From the NCBI RefSeq assembly GCF_036321535.1, contig NC_087437.1, forward strand, positions 59,150,001 through 59,214,000: DNA of 64,000 nucleotides, in the 5' to 3' direction. Made by a program: the position numbers and the translations under genes. Position 1 is the first letter of the stretch; each line of letters opens with the position of its first letter. This DNA comes from Camelus dromedarius (taxonomy: Eukaryota). The notes below the pieces were generated by a model that was given only the letters and a program-made list of their open reading frames with translations, was not told the DNA's origin and searched no databases. This document shows, one piece after another, positions 12,901 to 26,225 of the stretch.

Positions 12901-15900
12901 GTAGTCCCTCCATATATACTCAGTTCTTCCATATTCATGGTTCTGCATCCACAGGTTCAACCAACTCAGGGTCCTGCATTACTGTAATATTTACTATTGA
13001 AAAATATCCACATATAAGTGGACCCACACAGTTCACACCTGTGCTGTTCAAGGGTCAACTGTATGAGGAAGGAAATAATAAAGATAAGAGCGAAAATCAA
13101 TAAAATACATAATGGACAAACAATTGGGAAAGCTCAATGAAACAAAAACTAGTTTTCTAAAAAGATCAATAAAATTAACCTCTAGCTAAGCTGATCAAGA
13201 AACAAAGAGAAGACATAAATGATCAATATCAGAAATAAAAGAGGTAACATTAGTATAGAAACTACAGACATCAAAAGGCTAACAGGTTTTATTATTAATA
13301 ACTTTATGTCAATGTATTTGACAAGTTAGATAAACTAGATAAATTCATTGTAAGATACAAATTACCAAAACTGACTCAAGTGGAAGTAAAATAATTAAAC
13401 AGCCACATATCAACTAAAGAAATTAAACTTGTCAATAACAACTTTTCCCTTAGAAAATCTCAGGCCCAGACAGCTTCACTGGTCTATTATACCAAGTTTA
13501 AATAGAAGAAAAATTGCCAATCCTACATAAGCTTCAAACACTGGAGGAGGAGAGAACACATTTCAACCCATCTTAGGAGGCCATATTACACTGACACCAA
13601 AATCAGACAGAGAAATCACAAGAAAAGAAAGTACAGACCAATATCCCTCATGAACATAGGCACAAAAATCAAAATTTTGGATGACAAAATCCAATAATAT
13701 GTTCAAAAAGGATAATACGTCGTGACCGTGTAGATTTAACAAAGGAATGCAATATTGGTTTAAATTCAAAAATCAATCAATGTATTTCACCATTTGATAA
13801 TGCCACTGAATACAGAAAAAGCATTTGATAAAATCTGTGATTTTAAAAACCTCTCCAAAAAATAGGAATAGAGGTGAAACTCCTCAACTTGATAAAGAAG
13901 TTTTGTTTTGTTTTGTTTTAACCTTCAGCTAACATCATACTTGATGGTGAGAGACTGAATACTTTCCTGCTAAGATCAGGAACAATGCAGGAGTGTCTAC
14001 TCTCACCCCTGCTGGTCAGCATCGTACTGGAAGGTCTAGTCAAGGGCAATAAGGTAAGAAAGGGTAATAAAAGACATACAGATTGAAAAGGGAAAAATAA
14101 AAGTCTCCCTATCTGCAAATGACATGTTCATCTACTAGAAAAATCTAAGAAATCTACCAAAAAAAAAATTCTTAGAAGTAGTAAGTGAGTTAAGCAAGGC
14201 TGTAGGATACAAGATAAAGATTGAAAAAACAACTTTATTTCTTATACTAGCAATGAAGACATGGACGCTGAAATTTAAAATGTAAAACCATTTTATAATT
14301 ACAAAAAATAATAAATACTTAGATATAAATCTAACAAAACATGTACAACATTTACATGCTGAAAACTTCAAATGCTGATGAAAGAAATCAAAGAACATCT
14401 AAGTGAACAGAGAGACACACTACACTCATGGATAGGAAGACTCAACATAAAATAAGTTTATACTCCCCAAATTGATATACAGGTGTAATAATATTTCTAT
14501 CAAAATCCCAGCAAGACTTTGTGTAAAGTTGGACAAGCTTATTCTAAAATTTACATGAAAAGGCAAAGGAACTAAAACACTTTTGAAAAAGAATAAAGTG
14601 GGAGAAACCATTCTGTCTGATTTTTAAGACTTATTATACAGTTAAAATAATTAAGAGGAATAGATACATAGATCAGTGGAGCAGAATACAGAACCCAGAA
14701 ATAGGCCCACACAAGTAGGGCCAACTGATTATTAACAAAGTTTTAAAAGCAATTCAATGGAAGAATAGTCTTTTTAACAAATGAGGCTACAGCAAATGAA
14801 TATTCAATGAATATTCAAAAAAACCCTTAATTTCACACTTTTTATAAAAATAAATTTTAAATGGATCATAGATTTAAATATAAAACATAAAATCATAAAA
14901 TTTTAGACAATAACAAGCAAGAAGATCTTCAAGATTTCAAGACGTAGGATCTGGTGAAGAGTTCCTAGACCAAAAGCATAAAAGCATGAAAGAAAAATTG
15001 ATAAATCTGACTCAAAATTAAAAGCTTTTGCTCTGCAAAAGACCCCCTTAAGAGCATGAAAAGACAATCACAGACTGGAAGGAAACATCCGCAAACCTAC
15101 ATCTAAAAAATAATTTGTATCAAAAATCATATATAAAATTTTTTTTTATTTTAATTATATATAAAAACTCTCAAAACTCCACAGTAAAAACAAACAGAAA
15201 ACAATCCAATTAAGAAATGGTCAAAAGACTTGAAAAGAGGTTTCACTGAAAAGGACATACGGATGCAAATAAACATAGGAAAAGGAATTGTACATCATTA
15301 GCCATTAAAGAGTTGCAAAATGAGAGCATAATGAGATACCAGTATATACCTATTAGATCTAAAATTTTAAAAATAGTCACAATATCAATTGCTGGCAAGG
15401 ATGCAGAGAAACTGGATCTTTCATACATTGCTGGTGGGGATGTGAAATGGTACAACCACTCTAGAAAACAGCTTGGCAGTTTCTTTAAAAACTAAACACA
15501 CACTTACCAAACCACATAGCAATTGCACTGGTAGGCATATATCCTAAAGAAATGAAAACCTATGTCAACACAAAAACCTATACATGATTGTTCCTAGCTA
15601 CTTTCTTTGTAACATCCCCCAATTAAAAACAATCAAAATCTCTCTCAGTAGGTGAATGTTTAAGCAAACAGTGGTATATTCATACTACAGAATACTGCTC
15701 AGCAATAAAAAAGAATTATATATTTATACATGCAACCATTCTGATTAATTTCAAGGGCATATACTGAGTGAAAAAAGCAAGGCTCCAAAGATCACATGTT
15801 GTATGATTCCATGTATACAACATTCTTGAAATAATAAAATTATAGTGATAGAAAACAGATTAGTGGTTGCCAGAGGTTAGGGATGGTGGGAGAGGGGAAT

Positions 15901-16150
15901 AGGTGTGATTATAAAGAAGCAGCACAAGGGAAATCTTTGTGGTGATGGAATAGTTCTGTATCTCAATTGTGGTGGATGTTACAGAAATATGTACATAGGG
16001 TAAGATGCACACACATTGTATCAATGTCAAATTCCTGGTTTTAATATTGTACTATAACCATTGGGGGAAACTGGATGAAGAGTGTATGAGTCCTCTGTTC
16101 TACCTCTGTAACTCCCTGTGAATCTATTACTATTTCAAAATAGAAAGTTT
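9957..16150 (+). mobile_element. Near full-length decayed old L1 (L1MC/L1MD-like)
   Basis: A-rich plus strand. 5' end acttccacttcc, ORF1-like remnants (about 10500-11450), ORF2 EN/RT remnants (about 11850-15600, e.g. ctaagatcaggaacaatgcaggagtgtctactctcacc) and a 3'UTR ending gtgaatctattactatttcaaaatagaaagtt. Many stops and frameshifts. Confidence 0.9.
12825..13061. mobile_element. Tigger2-family non-autonomous DNA transposon (MER8/Tigger2a-like, 237 bp) inserted in the L1
   Basis: Terminal inverted repeats cagttgacctttgaac / gttcaagggtcaactg (15/16 match), TA target duplication at 12823-12824 and 13062-13063. L1 ORF2 sequence rejoins across the insertion. Confidence 0.9.
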
Positions 16151-16155
16151 AATGA

Positions 16156-17892
16156 AACAGCTATTGCGTTTCTACATACAAGTAATGACCAACTGGGAAA
16201 TTAAAAAAAAAAACAAACTTCCACTTACAAACAGTATAAAAAACACTTAGGAATAAACTTAAAGAAAGGTGTGCCAGACCTTTACTCTGAAAACTACAAA
16301 ACAGTATTAAGGGGAATTAAAGAAAATGTAAATAAATGGAGAGGTATAGCATGTTCATAGATTTCAAGATGCAATGTTGTTAAAATGCTGATTTTCTCCA
16401 AACTGATCTATAGATTTAATGCAAGCCTGATCAAAATCCTCACAAGCTTGCTTTGAGGAAATTGGTAAGTGGATTCTAAAATTATATGGAAAAGCAAAGA
16501 ATCAAAAATAGCCAAAATAATCTTTAAAATATAAACAAGCCTTGAAGAACTTGCATTCCCTGATTTCAGTAATCAAGTAATCAAGTCTCTACGGCATTGG
16601 CATAATTACAAACATAGAACTCAACGGAACATTACAGAGTCCAGGAAAAGACTTGCACTTACACAGTCGACTGAGTTTTTATAAAAGTGCCAAAGTACTT
16701 CAATGGGGAATGGGTAGTCTTCTTAAGAAATGATATTGGATATCCGCATAGGGGGAAAAAACCTGAATCTTAAACCTTACCTCACACCATATACAAAATG
16801 ATGAAAATGGATCATAGACATAAAACACAGAACTAAAATAATAAAATTTCTAGAAGAAAATCTTTGTGACATTGTGTTGGCAAAGATTACCAAAACATGA
16901 CACAAACACATGAATTATAAAATATCTATATAAAACAGACTTCATTGATATAAAAACTTCTGTTCATCTAAGGACACATTTTAAAAGTGAAAAGACAAGC
17001 CACAGACTAGGAGAAAATATTTGTAAAATACATACCTGGAGAAGGACTTATATCCAGAATAATAAGAAAGCAAACAATGCAATAAAAAATGGGCAGAAGA
17101 TTTGAACAGACACCTCCTCAACAAAGATACATGACCAGCCAATATAGTCATGACTAGTCATCAGGGGAATTAAAACCACGATGAAATACCACGACATACT
17201 CACCAGAGTAAAACTGAAAAGTCAACACTAGGCATTAGTGAGAATGGGGACTGGACTCACACACCTCTAGTAGGAACACACAATGGCACTTTGAAAAAGT
17301 GTTTGACAGTGTCTTACAAAATTAAGTGTACACCCATCACACAACCCAGCAATTTCACCCACAGGTATTTACCCAAGAGGAGTAAAAATATGCGTTTACA
17401 CAAAGACTTGTAATTGACTGTTATAGCAACATTATCCATAGCTACATATTCTTAACAGCCCAAATCTTGAAAGAACCCAAATGTTCATCAATGAGTGAAC
17501 AGACAAATAAATTGTAGAGATCCCATGAAATACTACTTGGCAATAAAAAATAAACAAAATATTGATACATGCAACAACATGGATGAATCTCAGAAACATC
17601 ATGATGAGTGAAAGAAGTTAGATATAAACGGCAACGTACTGTATCATATCATCTATATAAGATTCTAGAAAAAGCAAAGCTATAAATACAAGATTAGCAG
17701 CTGCCTGGAGCAAGGGGTCTAGGGAGGATTTTGGCTGTGATGGGGCATGAGGAAACTTTTGGGGATGATGAAAATGCTCTATATCTCGATTGTGGTAGTA
17801 GTTACACAACTGGACACAACTGCCAAAAACTCATCAAACTACATCCATAAAATAAGTAAATATTACTGTGTAAATGATACCTCAATTTAAAA
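16156..17892 (+). mobile_element. Second old L1 3' fragment (distal ORF2 plus 3'UTR), head-to-tail with the first
   Basis: Repeats the ORF2 segment already seen at about 14230-15600 and ends in a different L1M-type 3'UTR (ggaaactttt ggggatgatgaaaatg...aaatgatacctcaatttaaaaa). Confidence 0.85.
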
Positions 17893-20800
17893 AGTGCTTT
17901 GACCTAAAACATTAAATATAGTTCTGGGTAACTTTTTACCATCATGAACTGCTTCCACACTGAAAGGAGCCAAAAGCAAGAGAACAAAATACATAGGAAC
18001 GTCACATGATAGTAGGTCCTGCACCCTTATCTCAGGTTTTCTGAAATATTAAAAAGAGTCAAAGAGCCTTGTTTACTACTTTTGGGACTCTCTGGTGGTC
18101 CGGGGACCCACACGAAGAACTACAGGAAGAGATGCCATCCCTGGTCACAGCGTTCTTGAGTAAATGTGTAAATACAGACTTGAGAAATAGGACCTTTGCC
18201 ACTGGGTCCTTGTCAGAGTGTGAATGAAGTTCGTATCTTCTTGTGGAAGTAAACCAGTGGAGATTAGTGCAAGGGTATTTTTGTGAGGTTAGGCTCCTGA
18301 GCAGAGCTGCCTTCCCGCTCACTTGGCCAGGAACCATTTCTGCAAGGATTCCCTAAAGTCACTTAGGAGGCAGCAAAGGAATGCTTTATTTGGGCAGGAC
18401 TGAGTCACTTAAAAAGGAGTCCTAATTAAACTTACATTTAAATTGACAATCACATTGGAACAGTTTTTCAGATTTTCAAATTGGCTGCGATCCAAGGTGA
18501 ACCAAAAATGGATTTGGTTTAAATAAACATGAAAAGGAATGATTTCATCTTCTCCCTCACTCCCACTATCCCTTCACATCACCCTCTGACACTTTGAGGG
18601 GCAGGGTAACTGCAATTCAACATTTAACGCATAAATAATTGCACACCAGCAGTGGTGCTAGGGACAGGCCACCAAGAGAAATCAGATGTGGTTTCTGCCC
18701 CTGAGCAGCTCACAGAGTAGCAGGGAGAGAGGTGTGTGCACAGCAAATGCTAACACAAAACTGACCTACTGGGACAAAGGGCAGGACATTGTTTTACGGT
18801 GGGGGTTGGGAGCAGGCAGTTCTGACTGAGTTAGGAGTTTGAAGACTGTAGCCTCACACAGGAGGTCACTGCAGAGGCCCTTGAAGGATGAGACAAATTT
18901 AATAAGCAGGGAAGGTGGAGAGACAGTGGGCAGAACCTCATGTGATGTTTGAGGGAGCCCCAACTATTCTGGTGGGGCAGCAGCTTAGGGGCAGACAGGT
19001 GGGAAAGTAAGGGATGAAGACCATTCGCCCTATATTTTAGCTCTTTGCTGATTATCTCCGTGCTAGGGCACCAGGGCCCCAGCCCCGCCTATGTCCACAG
19101 GGCCACCCCCCCCCCCTCAGGAGATGAGATCAAGCTGAGCACCCCAGCACTGCTCATTCAGAGGGAGCAGCCAGATGTTAGCTCCAAATGATGATCCTCT
19201 TTTGAGCCAGATTATCTGAACTGGATCCACATACTCAGGTCTACAAGGCCACGAAATTTCCCTAACGTGCTCGTTCAGGCTCCAGTTAAATGGGTGATAA
19301 TAGTCCTTACTGAGTGTGTGTGTATACGTGTGTGTATACGCGTGTATGTGTGTGTGAACGTATGGTGTAAACCTACCTAGCAGCTTACTCCTTATTTAAA
19401 AGCACTTTCTCTCCTGTTAATCAGTGGATTTTACCAGTGCTCCCATGAGTTAGAGTCAAAGAAAGTGTACCCCATTTTACAGGTGAGGAAACAGGCTGGA
19501 GCTGCCATGGGTTAAGGTCAATATCTCCTGTCACTAAAATCGAGATAAAATATGAAAAACATCTGAAGGGCTGGGGAAGAAGTGATTTATCAGCAGGTTT
19601 CTATGCATGTTTTCAGGGTGTGAGCCCTTCATCAAAATATCAAAAAGTCCAGTTTCCTGTGGACTTCAAAAAAGTCGATTTTGATCGGATCAATCAGCCA
19701 CACAGAGTATTAAGTAGTCGTCTCTTCTGGCTTTTCCTGCTAAGGACTGTGACATTCACATTCAGTGGTCAATTTGTTCTCAGGATGTAATGCTCTTACA
19801 TTAATGCTAATTAATCACTCTCCTCTCCTCTCCCTCTTTGTGACATTGAGTCACAGAGCACTGATGCTGGAGGGACAGTAGAGGCACTACTACTGTGGTT
19901 TTAAAGGTTATTAATTCACTGATCAGCACTTATCATCTCATTGACTCCTTAGCTGTGAAGTAGCTCAGCCTGGATCAGTGTTCCCATCTTACAAGTGAAA
20001 TAAGCACAACAGACAGAGGCTGAGCCACCTCCCCAAGTCGTAGATTAGGCCTCCATCACTCATGCCCTCCTAGCCAATGTTCAATCCACTACACCAAACC
20101 CCCTCTCCTTCCACCCTGCAGATTAGATGAAAATATATCCCTGAACTTCACAAATGGGGAAACCGCAGCTCAGAGAGGAGGAGAGGTCTGGCTGGCCTTC
20201 ATGGCCTTCTGAAGAGCTCCCTTCCTCTCACCGTCCCTAGAGAGAGGGAGAAACACAAGTATTTCCTTTATGCCAACATGCGGGTTGTTGCATGTCAGCT
20301 ACCCCACCCCCCACCCCCCACCCCCATCTTAACCTAAATATGACTGCAGGCCTGTATCAAAAGGAAGGGGAGAGTGTCCACCTACGCATTCACGGTAGCT
20401 GGCCACATTGTGCTGTCCTGGCCACAGCCGGCCCGCTCCAGGGCATTCTCTTGAAACACATAATAGCATCCCCCACCCCCAGCCCCAGCTCCTGCTGACA
20501 GGCAGGCTCTGAAGCCAGCAGGCTGCAGCCTGAAGCGGCTCCCAGCAGGAGCTGGAGGAGGCCGACAAGGTTACAGGTGCTTTTCATCCAGCCTCGCAGG
20601 AGAGCACCAACTTCCTGCTGCTAGAAATTTGTCTGCAAATTTTTGTCTTCATTCAAATCGATGGATGGAGGCCTGGAGACACAGGGTGATATGATAACTT
20701 GATTAAGCCCCGGGACAGATGACACGCTAGCTCAAAGGCCATGTGCTCTCCTCCTTAACCTCTCCAAGGGAGACTGCAGGCTTTGCTGGTAATTGGCCCA

Positions 20801-21779
20801 TTGTCCCTTCCACCGTGCTTCCTACAGAAGCCCACTAATCGCCATGGCCCTGGGCTCCTCTCCGCAGCAGCCTTAAATACTCTCAGACCCATCAGACACA
20901 GTGTGCTGTGAAAAATACCTGTGCAATGTGACATACCAGAGTTGCGATTTGAGAAGCCAAAAATGACCTTTACTGGAAACAATTACTTAGTGCGATGCCC
21001 TTCCATCCTCCTGTCTGGGTGTAAATTGCAACACATTTAGGGATGAAAGCCTGAGATGGTTTTGTTTAAAAATGGGTTCAAACTTTTGGAATATTTTCTT
21101 CTCTTGGGGAAATAACCCCCCTATCTTTTATTTTTATCCAGCGTAGTGTCTCCTGTTGGACTACACATTATTGAGAGTGGTTTTGATCAACCATTTCCAG
21201 ATACTCAGGCATACACTGGTGTAAGCCTGCCTTAGGGGAGACAAAGTTTGTATGTCATTCATTGCTCCTGAAACAGATGTAAGGTTCAGGTCTGCCAAAG
21301 GAGGAGAGAGCACTAAACAGAATAGGATGGATGAATGGATAGACAGATAGGTTGTTGACCATGGTGATAGTTTTTTTTTTCCACTCTTTCAAAATCTTCC
21401 ATCAGTCTTTGTTCACTGATAGGCTTAAGGAATTTTAGAGCTGAGAGGGAGTTCAAACGAATCTCCTCAATCCATTTTCTTTAGTAGTATTCTAAAGGAA
21501 TAAAATTCACTATTGTTAGCTCAGCGGCTCAGATGGGTTCTTTTTGAGATGTCAAGAAACAGCTGTTAGGCACTTGAAAATAAGCAAAGTACACCATTAA
21601 AAGTTAAAGAAATGCTATTTTTAAATTTTCATTCATTATGATTTATTGCCTGGATCTCCCTATAAGAAAGAGGGCTACGGTATGCCAACCTCACCGTTTC
21701 TGTTTTTGTCATGAGAATGGAATGTCTTTTGAACTACTAAAGTAGATAATTCCATGCCTAGAAGAAAAACAAGAGAGGG

Positions 21780-22560
21780 GGAAGCGCGGGAGAAACAAAA
21801 AAAGATCCTCTCATTTCCCAATAATTGCTAAGGCCAGGAATGTGCCACAGCGGGGCTCAGGACCACGCGGCGAGGCGCCCCACCGTGGTGCGCGCGCCTC
21901 ATCCCCCTGGTGCCAGGCGGGGGACTGGGAAGCCGCTTCGGCCATCTGCCCAGGACCCACAGGCCCAGCATTTGCGCCTTCCTGCGACGGAGAGCTGTGT
22001 TTTTTCATCTTTGTTGTTTTAATGTTGGCCTCCTGGCCCCTAAGGGCGGCGCGCGTCCCGTGTGCTGTACCGCGGCCCTCGCTGCGCCCCGAGCCTCCGA
22101 GCCTCCGGCCAGGCCGCGGCTGGAAAGGCCTCTCTAAAGGGGGCGTTTCGCTCGGCCCACGGCGCCGCCGGCCTTTGTCCCCTCTCGCCCCGCACGGGGG
22201 CTGAGGAAGGGGCTTTTTAAATAGTAGCCCGGGAACAAAGGGGGCCCAGGCGCCCGGCTTCATTACGGGCTCATCGGCCACACCAGCGGGCCCGCCCCTC
22301 GTCCGCTCCACCGCGGCCACCACCCGCCCCTCCCCGCTCCGCTCTCACCGCCTACCGCTTTGCACTCCGGCCCAGCCGCACCCCACCCGCCCATCCGCTG
22401 CCCTTCTTTTCTCTCTTCTCCTCCCACCCTACCCGCCTCCCTCCCGTTCTCTCCTCTGGTCTCCTCCAGCGCTCTCCTCCCTTCCCCGCCCCCCCCCCCA
22501 ACCCCGCTCCTGGCGCGCCGCAACCTCAGGCCCCTGAGATGCTCCCACCTCTGGCGTGTC
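21780..22560. promoter_or_regulatory. CpG island with no associated coding exon
   Basis: Dense CpG (gcggcgaggcg, gcgcgcgc, cggcgccgccgg), several GC boxes (cccgcccc at 22291 and 22323) and a C-rich tract at 22290-22510. Confidence 0.85.
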
Positions 22561-25519
22561 CTTTTCCCAGTGGGGAAGCTCTTTGGAACTGAGGGAGAGG
22601 GAAGGATTCAGCCTTAACCGCCTTGAGGGGCCACGTTTGGAAGATCTTGCCTGACTACTCTCTGACCCTTCTCTGCCATCGGCCAAACAGACTTGGCTGA
22701 CTGCAACCAGGAGTGGGGCATCCGAGGGCCAGGACTGTGACGCGAAATAGACATTAGTGTAACTTCAGGTATTCTCTCTGGGCCTCTCGTTTTGAGGGTG
22801 AGCAACAACGTATGTGACGCTCTTCTTTCTAGGAAGTGGTGCTGAAATCCTACTTATATTCCTTTAGAGCATGGAACCAGCTACACCCAAGAGCAGCCGC
22901 TTTGGAAAGTGCCTCTGAAGCGATGGGGGAAAAGGGGGTAAACAGCACACCAGCCAAGTTCCTGGTGCCCTTCCCCTGATTGAATGCTTGCTCCAGACTC
23001 CTATCCTGCTGCTCCCCTCTCCCCCACCAAGCTGCTCTTCAGAGGGACCTACAGAACTGGTGGCACACCCTCTGGGCAGGCGCTCCAGGAGTCAAATCCA
23101 GAGTCTTTGGAGAACGGCCCAAAGGCGTTCCAAGACGCTGTGATGCATAAGGCATTTGGCCTGACAAGCCAAATGCACCATTTCATGGAAAGCCAGGAAG
23201 CAGTAGGAATAGACAGATCATCATGGGTGGCAGGGAGGGCAGCTCCAGACTGAACTCCTTTCTCACAGGGGATCTGGCCAGCGCCCATAGGACGTGGGTG
23301 AAAGAACATTCACCGTTAGAATAAAAGCACAGCCTCCCATGGGAACTTCCCAAAGGGTCAAAGAGCTCCCACTCCAGCTCCTCAGTGCTGTCCTGGGGCT
23401 ATTTAGAAGGCCGCCTGTATTGGTGCCTACCCAGAGGACTGGTGATGACGTTGGATGATCAGCCTGGGCAGGACAGGTGGGAAACACAAACTCACGAGCA
23501 GCTGCGAACAGCTATGCATCCTGCCCGGCATCCCAACAGAAGACTCCCTTCTCACTGGGACTGAGCAATGAGGAAGGGAAGACGAGTTGTTTCAGAGGAG
23601 ATCAGATAGCAATTCAAGCTGGGGATGGGAAAACCTCATCCAGGTCCCAGCCCACAGCCTGATGAGGACTACCCTCTGGGAGCAATGAGGGAAAGTGTAG
23701 GACAGTGGCTACCTGTGGCCCTTCAGACAGGTTAGTGCACTCCTCGCCCCCACGCTGTGCATACCGGGCAGCCCCATACCAGGGATGCCCGCTGTTTGTA
23801 GCATGCCAGCTGTTGTCCCAAAGAGCTAGGGAAGAAGCAATAGATTGGCATTTCTGGAGCACACCGTCTTTTTCTTGCTGGATTGATTTCTGGCCCACCT
23901 GCTTAATGTCTGGATGTATTTGCCTTCTTTGAGATATATATATATATATAAACAAACTTCATGGTATTAATTTTTTATATTTTCTTTTTATTTACATTTC
24001 CTCTCTATTTTCCTACAATGATCATAAATTGTGAAAAAAATTTAATTATTAAAAAAGAAACAGGAACCCATTGGATACTCTGAGAATTTAGATATCCAGT
24101 GAATTAAACTCTTAGTTGAGACTAAAATAGACTTAAAAACTGCCCAAAGATGTTGAGGTGTTTGGGCGCTTGTGTAGAAGTGCCTGTGGGCCGCGGGTGA
24201 GGCAGGGTTGTGCACCCAGCCCTAGACCGCAGGTTTCTGCAGTGTCTCTACCTGTGTCCCCTCAGGCAACTTCACTTCTGAGAGTGAATCTTGTCCCAAA
24301 GACTCCCAGACCTGATGACTGGCAGCCAGTCTGTCCTATGTGAAGGGTGCTGTCCTAGAAGCACAAGGAGGCCTAACCCAGTCTTTCTGAGGAAGATCTA
24401 CCATACGGGATTTTCCCCATGTGGTGGGTGGGATGGGGATGGTGGTGCGAATGGCAGCCATGTCGGACTGTTGGCATGCTCTTAAAACACTTCTGGTGAG
24501 CTGGCCTAGAGCAAGGTGGGCTGAGGCCCAGGATGGATGATGCAATCTGTCCCCTTCTCAGGCTGGCTTGGGAAGGAGGTGGAAGGCGTCCATAATGAGA
24601 TTCCCAGCCCTGCTCAGTCAACCAGAGGTGGTGGAATTATCCAAGGGCCAGAAACTTTGCTGTGGCTGGAGCAGGATCCTCTGGGCTCTTTTGGAAGGAG
24701 AACCTGTTTAATCTGGAGCAACAGGGCCTCAGAATGAGTGGCATTTGTGTGGACCTGGGGAAGTGCTTTGAGGAGGGGGACATATGTAAATATTTATTGA
24801 TGGTGGTTTTAAAAGTCTACGGAGAAATCTGCTAAATGAAATTTTTAACATACATTTCATACTCAAATGCACTGAATATAATGAAACAGTCAATTTTAAG
24901 TTTCAGGTTTTGCTTTTTGAAAACTCTATGAAAGCTTCCAAATTAATTTTGTTCAATTTCCTGTCTTAACGCAATACTTAAACGTTAACTGAATTCTTTT
25001 TGAACTCCGATTATGAACTAGTTAAAAATCTTTTTTCATTAGACTGATTTCTGAAGGCTGTAAGATTTCTTTCCAGTGGAGTAGGGCCCACCTGCCAGTT
25101 TTAGATGAATCAGTGCACTGGCCTATGGGCTGGTCTCCAGATCTCAGATTTGGTACATATGAACCAGTGTTTTAGGGTAACATTTTTTTTTTAACTTGAT
25201 CTTTGGTCTAATTCACACTTTTTGGAAGCTATACTTAACACTTTGATAGGCATTCTGCATCTATGATGTTTGAATAATTGTAGATGATATTGAGCTCCTG
25301 GAACTTAAAAGAACAGAGTTACGTGACGTATCACCTTTACAGAAAAAAAGTGTATTACATATGTATATATACACGTATAAGTATATTATATATATTCTAT
25401 ATTATATATAATCACTATGGACTAGTCACTCCTCATTATGACTGGCATTCAAAAGCATCATCACAATTACCATTATATTCATTTAATATTAGCACTTTAT
25501 GTAATATCTGCCTTACTAT

Positions 25520-25700
25520 TTATGCACTCAGCAAACATTTATTGATCTCCTCCCATCTGCCAGGTTCTGTGCTAGGGATGGGAAGTTGAAGAGAGTGGGC
25601 CTTATTTCTGTTACTGGAGTGACATTCAGTAGAAGATAAAAACATGGAAGCAAATCGAGAGGGTAACATGTTATAAGGTTAAAATAAAGAAATGAATGAG
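25520..25700 (-). mobile_element. L2 3' end remnant
   Basis: cactcagcaaacatttattga...tgccaggttctgtgctaggg, the typical reverse-complement L2 tail. Confidence 0.6.
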
Positions 25701-26225
25701 GAGCCAAGAAGAAGAAGGTCCAACTCTGCCCAGAAGAGGGAAGAGAAAGAAGTGATGTCTTCTCAAAGGGAGCTGTTGGCACTGGGAATGGCTCCCAGCT
25801 CCCACCTGTCGCTCTCTGGGACGGTTACCACAGCCTCTCGCGTGCTCTCCCAGCTCCCACACTTAACACGAGGGATAAGAGAAGGTTCTGATGGAGTGTG
25901 GGAGAGTGTGCTCACCGCCCTGGCCTGGAGCTCTTCAGCAGGAGTGGGGAATAGCCATTCTGATTGAAAGTGACAGCCGGCCCTCTGCAAGACGTCAACA
26001 GGGACCCTCAACTGACTACCAATAAAGGAATACATTCATTTACCAAACATTAACATTATGAAGGAAGAACTTCTGCTGGATGACACTCATGAATTCTGAC
26101 CCCCACCCTTGACTCGTGACCCTGAGAGTGCAGTTGCTCCTGGCTTTTGTACCTTCTGCTCCTTCTGTTTCAACCACTTAGACAAGGAACTGTCCAGGAA
26201 GCCCTCCTGATAATCCCCAACCCAC

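Noticed and set aside
15129..15167. T-rich insert flanked by atatataaaa, as a possible ultra-short retrotransposition
   Set aside because: The flank orientation does not fit a canonical L1 target for an antisense insert; slippage in AT-rich DNA explains it.
10725..15495. Hydrophobic minus-strand ORFs and short plus-strand ORFs in the L1 block
   Set aside because: Antisense or fragmentary translations of decayed L1; there is no intact ORF1 or ORF2.
21811..22686. Several 65-170 aa ORFs in the CpG island
   Set aside because: Low-complexity Arg/Gly/Pro-rich translations, as expected in stop-poor GC-rich DNA.
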